Part shown: positions 1-13,100 of the stretch, in pieces
Numbering within the stretch: the stretch's first letter is position 1
Layout: every line of letters starts with the position of its first letter
Assembly (NCBI GenBank): GCA_033103385.1
Contig: CP136953.1
Span: forward strand, 911,839 to 975,838
Length of the DNA stretch: 64,000 nucleotides
Source: Mollicutes bacterium LVI A0039
GTDB taxonomy: Bacteria > Bacillota_I > Bacilli_A > UBA3375
Direction of reading: 5' to 3'
The notes under the pieces: model-generated
The model's input: only the letters and a program-made list of their open reading frames with translations
The model's database searches: none
What the model was told of the DNA's origin: nothing
Translations under genes and position numbers: made by a program

Positions 1-65
1 ATATTATATCATGATTTTAGCACTTTCGATAAACGCTGTTAGTCGATATTTGAAAAATATATCCG

Positions 66-956
66 CTACTTAATTGTATACGGAGGTACATAGCTAAACG
101 CTGCCTTATCATTTAAATGCTCGATAACATATTTTCCGACTTGCTTGTAATGAAAACTGATTGTTTGCAAGTTATCGATTACAAAGTTGATGTGCAGATT
201 GTTTCCTGACGATAGGATTTTATAATTGCTATGTTGTTGAGTGATTAAATGTTTATAGACGTTCAACGCCTGATAATCAGTAGTACTAATAAAGACATCG
301 TAGTCGCTTAATCTAACATTTGATAAATCGGGAACTTCATTATATACATCCGTTTCAATTCGGTCCACATTATAACCCAGGGCATCAGTTGCTGCTTGAT
401 ATCTAGTTACCATCGTTTTATCCGTGGCGTCATATCCGATGAACAGGGCCTTTTCTGACTTGTTCATCGCCACTAGTTGATTCATACTATCGTAATCATT
501 GAAGTATACGTTGTGTTTTGAGGTAGTGATTTTTTGACCAATTATAACCACGGGCATTAATGTTTGTTCAATAAAGTCATAGTCTTGACCGGAAATCGCA
601 AAGATAATTATCGCACTTACATTTTTATTACTACTAATAATTTGCTTGGTTTTGTCAATAGAAAATTGAGTTTCTGTAATTAGAAACTCAACCTCTTCAT
701 TCGCATGTTCCATCATACCGCGAATTAGTCTGGTCTCTGAATAGGAATCAAGGCGTGTGGCAAGGACCAAGATTACTTGTCGATTCTTCTTGGTCATACT
801 TGCACTACGATTCGGTGTATAGTTATTCTCTCGAATAACTTTTTCCACTTTCAAACGCGCATCCGTACTCACATTAGTTTCCCCATTTAGTACACGTGAT
901 ACTGTACTTTTGGAAACTCCAGCTAATTTTGCAATATCATAGATTGTCATATTCAC
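66..956 (-). CDS. treR: LacI-family transcriptional regulator, probable trehalose operon repressor
   Basis: N-terminal HTH 'MTIYDIAKLAGVSKSTVSRVLNG' is typical of LacI/GalR. It lies immediately downstream of treB-treC in the same orientation. E. coli TreR is also LacI-type. GTG start. Confidence 0.7.
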   Translation of the reverse strand: MNMTIYDIAKLAGVSKSTVSRVLNGETNVSTDARLKVEKVIRENNYTPNRSASMTKKNRQVILVLATRLDSYSETRLIRGMMEHANEEVEFLITETQFSIDKTKQIISSNKNVSAIIIFAISGQDYDFIEQTLMPVVIIGQKITTSKHNVYFNDYDSMNQLVAMNKSEKALFIGYDATDKTMVTRYQAATDALGYNVDRIETDVYNEVPDLSNVRLSDYDVFISTTDYQALNVYKHLITQQHSNYKILSSGNNLHINFVIDNLQTISFHYKQVGKYVIEHLNDKAAFSYVPPYTIK

Positions 957-958
957 CC

Positions 959-2551
959 TTACACTTCAATTAATAATGAACCAAACGGTAAAATTTTAAT
1001 CACTTCACCACTAAGTTCACATCCATTATTTATTATAACATTTTTAAACTTAGCAGGATACGCTATCTCTTCATTCCACACATTGGTAATTACCATGTAC
1101 GTAACTCCTGCTAAAGTTCTGGTATAAATTAGTAACTTAGGGTCATCAATAAATTCAATCTTTCCATAAATTAATACATTGTCATTTTTCTTAAGATTGA
1201 TGATTTGTTGATAAAAACTGTATGTTGAATCAGTATCTGTCAATTGACTATCAACATTGATACTTGTAAAGTTCTCATTTTGTTTGAGCCATGGAGTTGA
1301 ATCACTAAACCCGCCACTAGCATTCCACTGCATTGGTGTTCGACCGTTATCTCGGGACTTTTGGCTTAAAATCGCCAGTTTATCTGCAATTGAATCGGTG
1401 CTCGCATTATAGTAATTAATCGATTCAACATCTACCAAATCATCGATACTGGTAACCTTTAAGTTTTCCATCCCAATTTCTTCACCTTGGTAGATATAGC
1501 TTATTCCACGCATCAAATACATCATCATCGCTATCATTTTATTCTTTCTTAACTGCTCCTCTGCGTTAGTTGCGGCAATAAACCTCGAGGCAATACGCGG
1601 TTGATCATGGTTTGACCAAAACAGCGTATCGACAACTTCAGCATCTTGCATCGCTAATTGCCAAGTCTTAAATAAGTCTTTGAGCATTTCAAAGTCAAAG
1701 TGGTCTTTAGACCACTTATTCATATCTAAATAGTCGACTTTCAAATGATGAAAGTGAAATACACTATCTAATTCATCACGCTTGGGTCCGGCGTATTTAC
1801 AACACGCGGTAATTGACGTTGAACTCATTTCTCCCACTGTCAAAATACTTTCATCACTTGCAAATGTATTTGTGCGTAAATCGGTTAAGAATTCATGAAT
1901 TCGCGGACCATCGGTATACTCGAGACGTCCATCGCCTTCACCGTTAACTAACGGGTAACGTTTAGAGATAAGATTGATTACATCAAACCTAAATCCCTTA
2001 ACACCACGCTTAATCCAATAGTTAACAATATCATAAATCTCCTTGCGGACATTTTCGTTTTCCCAGTTTAAATCAGGTTGGCTCTTATCAAATAAATGCA
2101 AATAATATTTACCAACCGATGGTGCATACTCCCACGCTCCACCACCAAATTTAGATTCCCACGTTGTGGGACTTTCACTCCAAATATAGTATTCTTGATA
2201 ATGCTGATCACCAGATAGAGCCTTTTGAAACCACTGATGTTGATCAGAAGTGTGATTGAAAACCATATCCATCATTACTTGCAACCCAAGCTCTGTCGCT
2301 TCTTTAATCAACATATCAAAGTCATGTTCCGTTCCAAATAGGGGATCAATCTTGCGATAGTCTGCAACATCGTATCCATTATCTTTTTGCGGTGATACGT
2401 ACATTGGCGTCAGCCATATATAGTCGAAACCTAAACCTTTAATGTATCGTAGTTTTTTTCGAATACCATTGATATCACCAATTCCGTTCCCGGTTGTGTC
2501 TAAAAAACTTTTGGGATATATTTGATAGACAAAGTATCCTAATTCTTTCAT
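959..2551 (-). CDS. treC: GH13 trehalose-6-phosphate hydrolase (alpha,alpha-phosphotrehalase) / oligo-1,6-glucosidase family
   Basis: Strong GH13 signatures ('YQIYPKSF.DT.G.G.GD', 'DYIWLTPMYVSPQKDNGYDV', 'MDMVFNHTSDQHQWF'). Context with PTS EIIBC and LacI regulator. Confidence 0.75.
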   Translation of the reverse strand: MKELGYFVYQIYPKSFLDTTGNGIGDINGIRKKLRYIKGLGFDYIWLTPMYVSPQKDNGYDVADYRKIDPLFGTEHDFDMLIKEATELGLQVMMDMVFNHTSDQHQWFQKALSGDQHYQEYYIWSESPTTWESKFGGGAWEYAPSVGKYYLHLFDKSQPDLNWENENVRKEIYDIVNYWIKRGVKGFRFDVINLISKRYPLVNGEGDGRLEYTDGPRIHEFLTDLRTNTFASDESILTVGEMSSTSITACCKYAGPKRDELDSVFHFHHLKVDYLDMNKWSKDHFDFEMLKDLFKTWQLAMQDAEVVDTLFWSNHDQPRIASRFIAATNAEEQLRKNKMIAMMMYLMRGISYIYQGEEIGMENLKVTSIDDLVDVESINYYNASTDSIADKLAILSQKSRDNGRTPMQWNASGGFSDSTPWLKQNENFTSINVDSQLTDTDSTYSFYQQIINLKKNDNVLIYGKIEFIDDPKLLIYTRTLAGVTYMVITNVWNEEIAYPAKFKNVIINNGCELSGEVIKILPFGSLLIEV

Positions 2552-2559
2552 ATTTTCTC

Positions 2560-3957
2560 CTAGTTACTCGCTTTACGTTTTGATACAATTAGAGTTAGTA
2601 CTAGCGGTACAAAGAACGCAATACACATTGCAATAAAGAACGAGAAGATGTGACCTGCTTGAATACTTAAGATTCCTGGTAACCCTCCTACCCCGATTGA
2701 CACGGCTTGAACGTTCATTAGAATTGAGAATCCACCAGCGATACTACTACCGATCATTCCGCATAAAAATGGATATACATATTTTAAGTTTACCCCAAAC
2801 ATCGCCGGTTCAGTTACACCTAAGTATGCTGAAATTGCCGCAGGGATCGATAATTCACGTGATGATGCATCACGGTGAATAAACACCATTGCTAACACGG
2901 CACTACCTTGAGCAATATTAGATAAGGCGATAAGTGGCCACAGTGGCGTAGTTCCTGTTTGTGCGATAATTTGCATATCAATAGCATTTGTTGTATGGTG
3001 TAGTCCGGTAATAACTAGGGGCGCATAGAAGAATCCAAAAATCATTCCTCCGATGAATCCCAGAGTATCAAACAACCAAATAACAGCCGCAGCAATTAAT
3101 TCTCCAATCCACCAACCAAATGGTCCAATTATAGTGTGCGCTAATAATACTGTCACAATAAGTACTACAAATGGTACTACGATCATTCGCACTGAACTAT
3201 GAACGCGTTTGGTTAAATTAACTTCTAATAGACCACCAAATAGTCCGACTAATAATGCAGGAACTACTTGAGCTTGGTAACCAATCATTTGAATTTGCGC
3301 AAAACCAAAGTCCCATACTGGAATATCAGCTGGTGCTGTCCCAGCAACTGCATATGCATTTAGTAACTGTGGTGATACCAACGTAACCCCAATTACTAAA
3401 CCAAGAACTGGTGTTCCACCCATACGCTTATATGCACTCCATACAACATACACTGGTAGATAATGGAAAATTGCTTCACCAATTAACCACAAGAATTGAT
3501 CTGTTCCTGCCCAAAATTGACTAGTATCAATTAGCGCTTGTCCATCAAAAATTCCCATCGGCATTTCGATAACGTTTCGGAACCCTAAAATTAAACCACC
3601 GACGATAATCGCCGGAATAATTGGCGCAAAGATTTCAGCTAAAAACATCGCAATTTTTTGTAAAATATTCATATTTCCTGTCGCTTGCTTTTTAATCTCC
3701 TCTTTGCTAGCAACTTCAATATTTGTCACTGCAATTATCTCTTTATATACTTCGGCAACATCATTTCCAACTACGATTTGGAATTGTCCTGCTTGGGTAA
3801 AAGTTCCTTTTACTAAGCTAAGTTTTTCTAGCTCTTCAACATTTGCTAAACTCTCATCTTTTAAGATGAATCTAAGTCTAGTCATACAGTGTGATAGAAC
3901 ACTAATATTTTGTTCTCCACCTACTAATTCTATTAACTTACTAATATCTTTATTCAT
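2560..3957 (-). CDS. treB: PTS trehalose-specific EIIBC component
   Basis: N-terminal EIIB domain with the 'LIELVGG..NI..LSHCMTRLRF' Cys motif, followed by an EIIC membrane domain. Very similar layout and sequence to E. coli TreB. Confidence 0.7.
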   Translation of the reverse strand: MNKDISKLIELVGGEQNISVLSHCMTRLRFILKDESLANVEELEKLSLVKGTFTQAGQFQIVVGNDVAEVYKEIIAVTNIEVASKEEIKKQATGNMNILQKIAMFLAEIFAPIIPAIIVGGLILGFRNVIEMPMGIFDGQALIDTSQFWAGTDQFLWLIGEAIFHYLPVYVVWSAYKRMGGTPVLGLVIGVTLVSPQLLNAYAVAGTAPADIPVWDFGFAQIQMIGYQAQVVPALLVGLFGGLLEVNLTKRVHSSVRMIVVPFVVLIVTVLLAHTIIGPFGWWIGELIAAAVIWLFDTLGFIGGMIFGFFYAPLVITGLHHTTNAIDMQIIAQTGTTPLWPLIALSNIAQGSAVLAMVFIHRDASSRELSIPAAISAYLGVTEPAMFGVNLKYVYPFLCGMIGSSIAGGFSILMNVQAVSIGVGGLPGILSIQAGHIFSFFIAMCIAFFVPLVLTLIVSKRKASN

Positions 3958-4084
3958 ATGATCTCCTTTGTTGGGACCGTTCCCATGAATCTATATTAGC
4001 ATAATATTGTTGGCCTGTCAATCAAAAAGTGTAATAGTTTACTTATTTCACTCTTTAGCCGCGACCAAGCTCTTAAAAGAAAAA

Positions 4085-4120
4085 GATTCCCTTTGACCTT
4101 AATCAAAGAGAACCTTTAGT
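4085..4120 (-). terminator. Weak intrinsic terminator downstream of the giant surface-protein gene
   Basis: Minus-strand hairpin CTTTGA-TTAAGG-TCAAAG followed by a T-rich tract. Coordinates approximate. Confidence 0.3.
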
Positions 4121-4136
4121 TTATCTTGAATCTTAG

Positions 4137-7100
4137 TTATGCTCTAACTTTTCTTTTCAGTAGAATTAAGAACAATAATACTAATGAAGCAATCATAATT
4201 CCGATTGTAATCGAAGATCCGGTAACTGTAATTACTCCGGTTTCCTTATCTTTCGCTTTTCCTTCATCTGCACCGGTGATTGTAACCGTTATATCGAAGC
4301 TGACTGCATCATCTCCAATTATAAATGTCACAATATAAGTTCCATTCTTATTCTCAAGTTTAGAACTATCAATTCTTAGCCCTTTAACATCTTCAAGGTT
4401 TAGTTTGTTTCCGGCTAAATCGTAGATTGTTAAATTAGATTGTAAGATAATATTTGCATCTGATGAATCGTATTGTGCTGATTCCATAGTAAAGTCATTT
4501 GCTACTACTAAATAATCGCCAACACGGTTGATTCCACCATCGTTAATATATAACGCAGTTTGTTTTGTAACTGTATTACCATGACTATCTGTAACACTGT
4601 AAATTACTGAGTATACTTGACCTGATTTAATTTCACTTAATTTCGGCGCTGTGATTTTAACTTGTTCATTTAAGTTTCCATCTTCTTTATCAGTAATCGA
4701 TACTTTGTTTAAGTATGAATCATATACGCTTTGAGTTGAAATTCCTGTCGGAAGCATAATTACATCGTTGTCCAATGTCATTACTGGCAGGTGATCAAGT
4801 GTCGCTTTCACTGTAATACTGATTGTTTGATTACGAAGGATACGTCTTGCCGTTGTGTATGAATACTTAACTTGCCCTTCGATTCCTTCTTCTTGCATCC
4901 AGTTACTAGTTTCTACCTTCACATTTGTTAGATCTTCAATTTGCGTAACATCTGCACGATTAGAAATATCATATACTTTTACTTGCGATAACTCTCTTAA
5001 AGCAGCGTCATCATTAGTCCACTTCGAATATCCTAAATCAATATCAGTTGCACGGATTACATAATTACCATCACTAACAAGTGTTCCATCATTAACTAGC
5101 ACTACTTTGCTCACATTCATCGTGTTACCGTCTGTATCAGTTACTTGGTAGTCAACTACATAAATTCCCGCTTGAGAATTTTGATCAAAAGTTGAAGTCA
5201 CAATAATTTTATCACTGATGTCACCATCTTCGCTATCGGTAGCTGTAACACCGGCGTTTAAGTCATAGTCTTCAACTTGTTCTAAGCTGATTTCATCATA
5301 ATCATTTTCAATTGTGATTTGCGGTTTATCTCCACCAATAACTGTAGCGATAATCTCAATGCTTGCATCTTGGTCACTTGCAACCGTAAAACTAATTGGA
5401 TACTCACCAACTACTGCATCGTATTGACCTTTATTTACATTTACTGCTTGGCTAACTACTAGTCCGGTTTTCAGGTTGTATACTTTAACTTGCGCATCAG
5501 CAAGTATTGATAGATCACTAGTATTCACTTCAGAAACGCGTAATTCAAAGTCATTTGCTCCAATAATAAACTGATCACTGTATACAAATGTCCCGTCGTT
5601 TACTAATACAACTTGCGTTACTACTGTCTCATTTCCATCACTATCAACAACACTGTATTCAATTGGGTATACACCTGGAATAGATGTATCGACTTCACCA
5701 GTTGATACCACAACTGCATTTGATAAATCTCCATCTTCACCATCATTTGCTGTTACTCCATCAAAGATTTCAAATTCTCCACCTTCTGGAACTTCGGTAA
5801 ATTCTGGAGCGATTAGCTCTGGAAGTTCACCAGTAACAACTTCAACCGTGATTGCTTGAGCAGTGCTTGGTTCATTAGTAACACTTAAAACAACATCACT
5901 ATATGTTCCAATTGCTTCAACATATGATCCGCTATCTACTGTAATGCTTTCATCAACAATTACACCTGTTGCTTTCGAGTAGACTTTAGCACCTGATTTA
6001 CCTATAATTGCATTATCACTTGTATCAACTTGTCCTAGGCTAACTTTATATCCAGTTGCTCCAATAATAAAGTTATCTCCGACTTGGAATGACCCATCAT
6101 TTACTACTACTACTTGCGTAGCAACTGTTTCATTACCATCACTATCGGTAATTGTATATGTTACTGGGTGCACACCTGGTTTTGTCGTATCAATTGTTGT
6201 TGGATTAGCTATAACTTTACTTGTTAAATCACCATCTTCTGGGTCAATTGCTGTTACTCCACTCATTACATTGAAACTGTCACCTTTATCAATTTCAGTA
6301 AATTCTGGAGCTGTTAACTTAACATCTTCACCACTTATTACTACAATGGTAATGGTAATTTCGGCTGTTTGATCACCCGTTACTGTTAATACTACATCTT
6401 CGTATGTATCAACTTTATTCGTGTATGATCCGCTATCAACTGTTATTGCTTCATCTACTTCTTTACCTGTTGTTTTAGAGTATACTTTGGCCTCTGATTT
6501 ACTTAGGATTGCATTATCGCTTGTATCTACTTGACCAAGTCTTAATTCATATCCGTTGGCGGCAATAATAAATTTGTCTCCAACAGCTAAGCTACCATCA
6601 TTTACAACTACTACTTGAGTTTTGGTAATTGTATTACTATCACTATCAGTAATTGTGTATTCGATTGGATATACTCCTGGTTTCGAAGTGTCAATTGTTT
6701 CTGGAGCGTATGTTACTTGTTCGCTAATATCTCCGTCTTCACCATCAGTTGCTGACACACCATCTAAGATTTCAAAACTTCCATCTTTATCAACTTCGGT
6801 AAATTCTGGAACTGTTAATTCTGGTGTATCTCCAGCAACTACTACAACAGTGATTGCTATTTTTGCACTTGGATCACCAGCTACCGTTAATACTACATCT
6901 TTATAAGTATCAACTTTATTCGTGTATGATCCTTTATCAACAACAATTGCTTCATCTACTTCTTGACCTGTTGTTTTAGAATATACTTTAGCACCTGATT
7001 TACCTATAATTGCACTATCACTTGTATCTACTTGACCAAGTCTTAATTCGTATCCATTTGCTTCAATAATAAAGTTTTCTCCAACTTTAAAACTTCCGTC

Positions 7101-10100
7101 GTTTACGATTACGACTTGCGTAGCGCGTGTTGCGTTACCATCACTATCAATGACGCTGTATTCAATTGGGAAGACCCCTGGCGTTGAAGTATCAATTGTT
7201 GTTGGATTAGCTACTACTTTACTTGTTAAATCTCCATCTTCACCATCATTTGCTGTCACTCCAGTCATAACATTGAAGCTTCCATCTTCAGCAACTTCAG
7301 TTAAGTTTGGCACTGTCAACGTTGGTTTTTCACCGTCAGTTACTTCTACTGTAATTGTCTTACTAGCTTGAGGATCATTTGCAACAGTTAGCACTACATC
7401 TGAGTAGACATCTACAACATTCGTATAAGAACCACTATCGACTGTAATTGCCTCTTGCACTTCTTGACCTGTTATTTTAGAATACACTTTAGCACCTGAT
7501 TTACCTATAATTGCACTATCGCTTGTATCAACCTCACCAACACGTAGTGTGTAACCACGAGCTTCGATTATAAAGTTTTCTCCAACTTGTAATGCTCCAT
7601 CGTTTACAACTACTACTTGCGTAACTGTATGAGTGTTGAAGTCACTATCAGTAACTGTATATTCGATTGGATATACACCTGGTTTTGAAGTATCAATTGT
7701 TGTTGGGCTAGCTACAACTTTACCTGTTAAATCACCATCTTCACCATCAGTTGCTTTGACACCGCTCATCACATCAAAACTAGCGTCTTTTGCCACTTCG
7801 TTAAATTCTGGTGCGGCAATTACTGGTTTATCGCCAGCAATTACTTCAACTGTAATCGTTACTGCCGTAGCTGATTCATTGGCAACACTTAAAACCACAT
7901 CTGCAAATGTTCCAATTGCATTTGTATATGTTCCTTTATCGACTGCTATTTCTTCTGCCACAACTTGACCGGTTACTTTTGAGTATACTTTTGCTTCAGA
8001 ACTGTTGATAATTGCATCACTACTGGTATCAACTTGCCCTAAGCGTAGTGTATAGCCATTAGCTACAATAACAAAGTTTTCGCCAATTGTGATCGAATCA
8101 TCAGTTACTACTACAACGTGCGTTGCAACCGTTGTATTTCCATCACTATCTGTAACTGTGTATTCGATTGGGTATACTCCTGGTTTAGAAGTATCAATTG
8201 TCGCTGGACTTGGTTTAATCGCACTTGGCTCAAAATTACCATCTTCTACATCTGTTGCACTAACACCGGCCATAACATCAAACGCTTCGTCTTTAGCTAC
8301 TTCACTAAATCCTGGTGTTGTGATTGTTGGTTTATTTCCTTCTTCAACAGTTACTTTAATTGTTAAAGTAGCATCTTGATCGCTTTCCACTGTTAAAACT
8401 ACATCTGAATATGTACCAATTGCATTTGTATATGAACCACTATCTACGGTAATATCTTCAGAAACAACTTGACCTGTTTCTTTCGAGTACACTTTTGCTT
8501 CAGAATGGTTGATGATTCCTTCACTACTTGTATCAACTTCTCCGAGACGTAAAATATAGTCATTTGCTTCTAAGATTAGGTTTTCTCCAACCTTAAAGCT
8601 TCCATCATTTACCACAACAATGTGCGTTGCGGTAGTTACGTTACTATCAGAATCAGTTACACTATACTCAACTGAATATACTCCTGGTTTAGACGTATCA
8701 ATTGATCCTGGCGTAGCTGTTATGTCACTTGAATTAAAGTCACCATCTTCGGTATCCGTAGCTGATACATCAGCCATGATATCAAAGGTTCCACCTTTGG
8801 CAACTTCCGTAAAGGTTGGAGCAGAAATTGTCGGCTCTTCTCCAGTTTTTACAATTACGGTAATTGCCTTAGACGTTGCCGGTTCATTGGTAACGCTTAA
8901 GACTACATCTTTATATGTTCCTACTTTATCTGTATAAGAACCACTGTTAACTGTAATTGCTTCTTGAACTAATTGACCAGTCGCTTTCGAGTACACTTTG
9001 GCATTGGCATCACGAATAATTCCTTGATCGGTTGTATCAACGTCACCGATACGAAGTGTATAACCTTTTGCTGCTAGAATGAAGTTTACCCCCACTTTGT
9101 ACGTTCCATCATTTACGACTACCGTTTGTGATGTCACCGTTTGGTTAAAGTCACTATCAACAACTGTATACTCAACTACATATACACCTGGTTTTGTCGT
9201 GTCAATTGTACTAGGAGATGCTTTAATATCTTTAGCTGCGAAGTTTCCATCTTCCTTATCTGTCGCACTAACACCAGTCATTACGTTAAATGCTGTTCCT
9301 TTAGCGACTTCTTTAAACTGAGGATTTGTAATTACCGGCTTATCTCCACCAATAACCTCAACTGTGATTGTTTGGCTAGCGACATCATCACCTTTAACTT
9401 TAAGCACTACATCTTTATAAGTTCCAATCGCATTTGTATATGTTCCCTTATCGACAGTTATGGCCTTATCTACGACTTGTCCTGTTAACTTATCGTATAC
9501 CTTAGCTCCTGAATGCGTAATAATTCCATTATCACTTGTATCTACTTGTCCAAGGCGAAGTGTATAATCACTTGCAGCGATGATAAAGTCCTCACCAACT
9601 ACAAAGCTACCATCGTTTACTACCACAACTTGTTTCGCTGCTGCAGTGTTACCGTCGCTATCGATAACTGTGTATTCAACTACAAATACTCCCGCTTGTG
9701 AAGTATCGATTGCAGTTGGATTTGCTTTAATGGCACCAGTTGCAAAATCTCCATCTTCTTCATCGGTAGCTGATACTCCAGCCATAATGTCAAAGTTTCC
9801 ATTTTTGTCAACTTCTTTGAATGTTGGTGCCGTGATTGTTGGCTGATCTCCACTTATAACTTCTACAGAAATTGTAATTTGTGTTGCAGTTTCATTTGTT
9901 ACACTAAGAGTTATATCATCATATGTTCCAATTGCTTCTGTATATGAACCTTTATCAATTGTTACCGCTTCTTGGACTTGCTGTCCGGTTAACTTAGAAT
10001 ATACTTTAACCTCTGATCCTCTAGTAATTCCATGATCAGTCGTGTCCACTTGTCCAAGTCTTAATGTATAGCTGTTGGCATTAATAATAAAGTTTTCACC

Positions 10101-13100
10101 GATTGAAATAGTATCATCTTTAACTACTACAACTTGCGTTGCTACCGTTGTATTTCCATCACTATCGGTAACTGAATATTCAATTGGGTATACAGTTCCT
10201 TTAGATGTATCAATTGAATCCATTGATGGGGTAATACTTGCAGTTAAGTCTCCATCCTCTGGATCGCTGGCGCTAATACCATTCATAACATCAAATGTTG
10301 CATCTTTGGCAACTTCTGTAAATTCCGGAGCGGTAATTGTTGGTTTTTCACCTTCAGCTACCACCACTGTAATCGCAATTGACGTATCTGATTCGTTTGT
10401 CACGCTAAGTTTTACATCTGAATAAGTTCCAAGCGCATCTGTATAAGAACCACTATCTACAGTAATATCTTCGTCGACAATTTGTCCTGTTAGTTTTGAA
10501 TAAACTTTAGCTTGCGACGTTGTAATGATCGCTTCGCTACTAGTATTTACTTCTCCAAGACGTAATGAATAGTCATTGGCTTCGATTATAAAGTTCTCTC
10601 CAACAGCGAAACGATCGTCATTAACTACTACAACTTGCGTTGCAGTTACGCTATTGTCATCACTATCTTTTACATAATATTCTACAGTGTAAACACCAGG
10701 AATTGAAGTATCAATTGTACTTGGATTAGCTTTAATATCACTAGCTGCAAAATCTCCGTCTTCAGCATCTGTTGCCGCGACACCGCTCATCACATCAAAA
10801 TCATCATCTTTGGCAACTTCATTAAAGCTCGGTGCAGTAATAACCGGCTTATCTCCAGATTTTACTACTACAGTAATTGTTTGTTTAACCGCTTCTTCAT
10901 TAGCTACTGTTAGTACTACATCTGTATAAGTATTGATTGCGTCAGTATATGAACCTTTATCGACAGTAATTGCTTCTGATACTAATTGACCAGTTGCTTT
11001 AGCGTATACTTTAGCCTCAGAATCTCTAATGATTCCACTATCGCTTGTATCTACTTCTCCAAGACGTAACGTGTAACCACTAGCTTCTAAGATAAAGTTA
11101 TCACCAACAACAAAGCTTCCATCGTTTACTACGACAACTTGCGTAGCCACAGTTTTATTACTATCACTATCAGTTACGCTATATTCAATTGTGTATACAC
11201 CTGGAGTAGCTGTGTCAATTGAAGCGGGAGTAGCTGTAATGTCACTTGCTTTAAAGTCTCCATCTTCGCTATCTGTTGCGCTAACACCGCTCATTACATC
11301 GAAGCTTCCATCTTTATCTACTTCTTTAAAGTTTGGCGCAGTAATAACCGGTTTGTCACCTCCAACTACTTTTACCGTAATTGTTTGTTTAACCGCTTCT
11401 TCATTAGCTACTGTTAGTACTACATCTGTATAAGTATTGATTGCGTCAGTATATGAACCTTTATCGACAGTAATCTTTTCATCTACTACTAATCCAGTCG
11501 CCTTCGAATATACTTTTGCACCAGCATGATTAATAATTCCACTATCGCTTGTATCTACCTCGCCAAGACGTAATTCATAATTATTCGCTTCTAAGATAAA
11601 GTTATCACCAACGACAAAGTTTCCATCGTTTACTACGACAACTTGCTTTGCAGCTGTTGTATTTCCATCACTATCAGTTACGCTATATTCAATTGGATAA
11701 ACCCCTGGTTTTGATGTATCAATTGAAGCTGGATTAGCTGTAATATCACTCGCTTTAAAGTCACCATCTTCGCTATCAGTTGCACTTACGCCTGTCATTA
11801 CATCGAAGTTTCCATCTTTATCTACTTCTTTAAAACTTGGAGCAGTAATAACCGGCTTATCTCCACCATCAACTACTACAGTAATTGTTTTTGATACTGC
11901 TGTTTCATTGGATACACTTAATTTAACATCTTCATATGTTCCAATCGCTGATGTATATGATCCTTTATCGACAGTAATTGCTTCATCGACGATCGATCCC
12001 GTTGACTTGCCATACACTTTTGCTCCAGCATGATTAATAATTCCATTATCGCTAGTATCTACTTGTCCAAGACGCAGTTCATAACTATTTGCTTCTAAGA
12101 TAAAGTTATCACCAACGACAAAGTTTCCATCGTTTACTACGACAACTTGCTTTGCAGCTGTTGTATTTCCATCACTATCAGTTACGCTATATTCTACCGT
12201 GTAAACCCCTGGTTTTGATGTGTCAATTGCGGCTGGAGTAGCTGTAATGTCACTTGCTTTAAAGTCACCATCTTCGCTATCTGTTGCAGTTACACCGCTC
12301 ATAACATCAAACGTTCCACCTTGGGCAACTTCTTTGAAACTTGGCGCTGTTATTGTTGGTGCTTGACCATCATCAACAACCACTGTTATTGTCTTTTTAA
12401 CCGTTTCTTCACTAGCTACGGTAAATGCAACATCGCTATATGTTCCAACAACGTTTGTATATGATCCTTTGTCTACAGTAATCTTTTCATCTACTACTAA
12501 TCCAGTCGCTTTCGAATATACTTTCGCTCCAGCATGGCCAATAATTCCACTATCACTTGTATCTACTTGACCAACTCTCACTAAGTATCCATTTGCTTCT
12601 AGGATAAAGTTATCACCAACTACAAAGCTTCCGTCATTTACAACTACAACTTGCGTAGCAACAGCTTTATTACCGTCACTATCTGTAACACTATACTCAA
12701 TTGGGTAAACCCCTGGTTTTGATGTATCAATTGCTGAAACTGAAGTTGTAATATCTTCTTTAGCGAAGTCTTGATCTTCAACATCTGTTGCACTTACACC
12801 AGCCATCACATCAAAACTTTCGCCTTTTGGTACTTCCGTAAAGTTCGGAACTGTAAGTGTTGGGTTTTCTCCACCTAATACTTTAACCGTAATTGTCTTA
12901 GTAACAGCCTCTTCATTAGCAACTGTCAGTACTACATCTGTATATGTTCCAATTACATTTGTATACGAACCTTTGTCAACCGTAATCGTTTCATCTACTG
13001 CAAGTCCAGTCAATTTCGAAAGCACCTTCGCTCCAGCATGACCGATAATTCCTTTATCGCTGGTATCAGCCTGTCCAACACGTAGTTCATAATTACTTGC

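Noticed and set aside
2697-4338. Small plus-strand ORFs (2697..2882, 3704..3961, 4126..4338) overlapping treB and the end of the giant gene
   Set aside because: Antisense overlaps with confidently called genes. They have hydrophobic or odd composition and no RBS.
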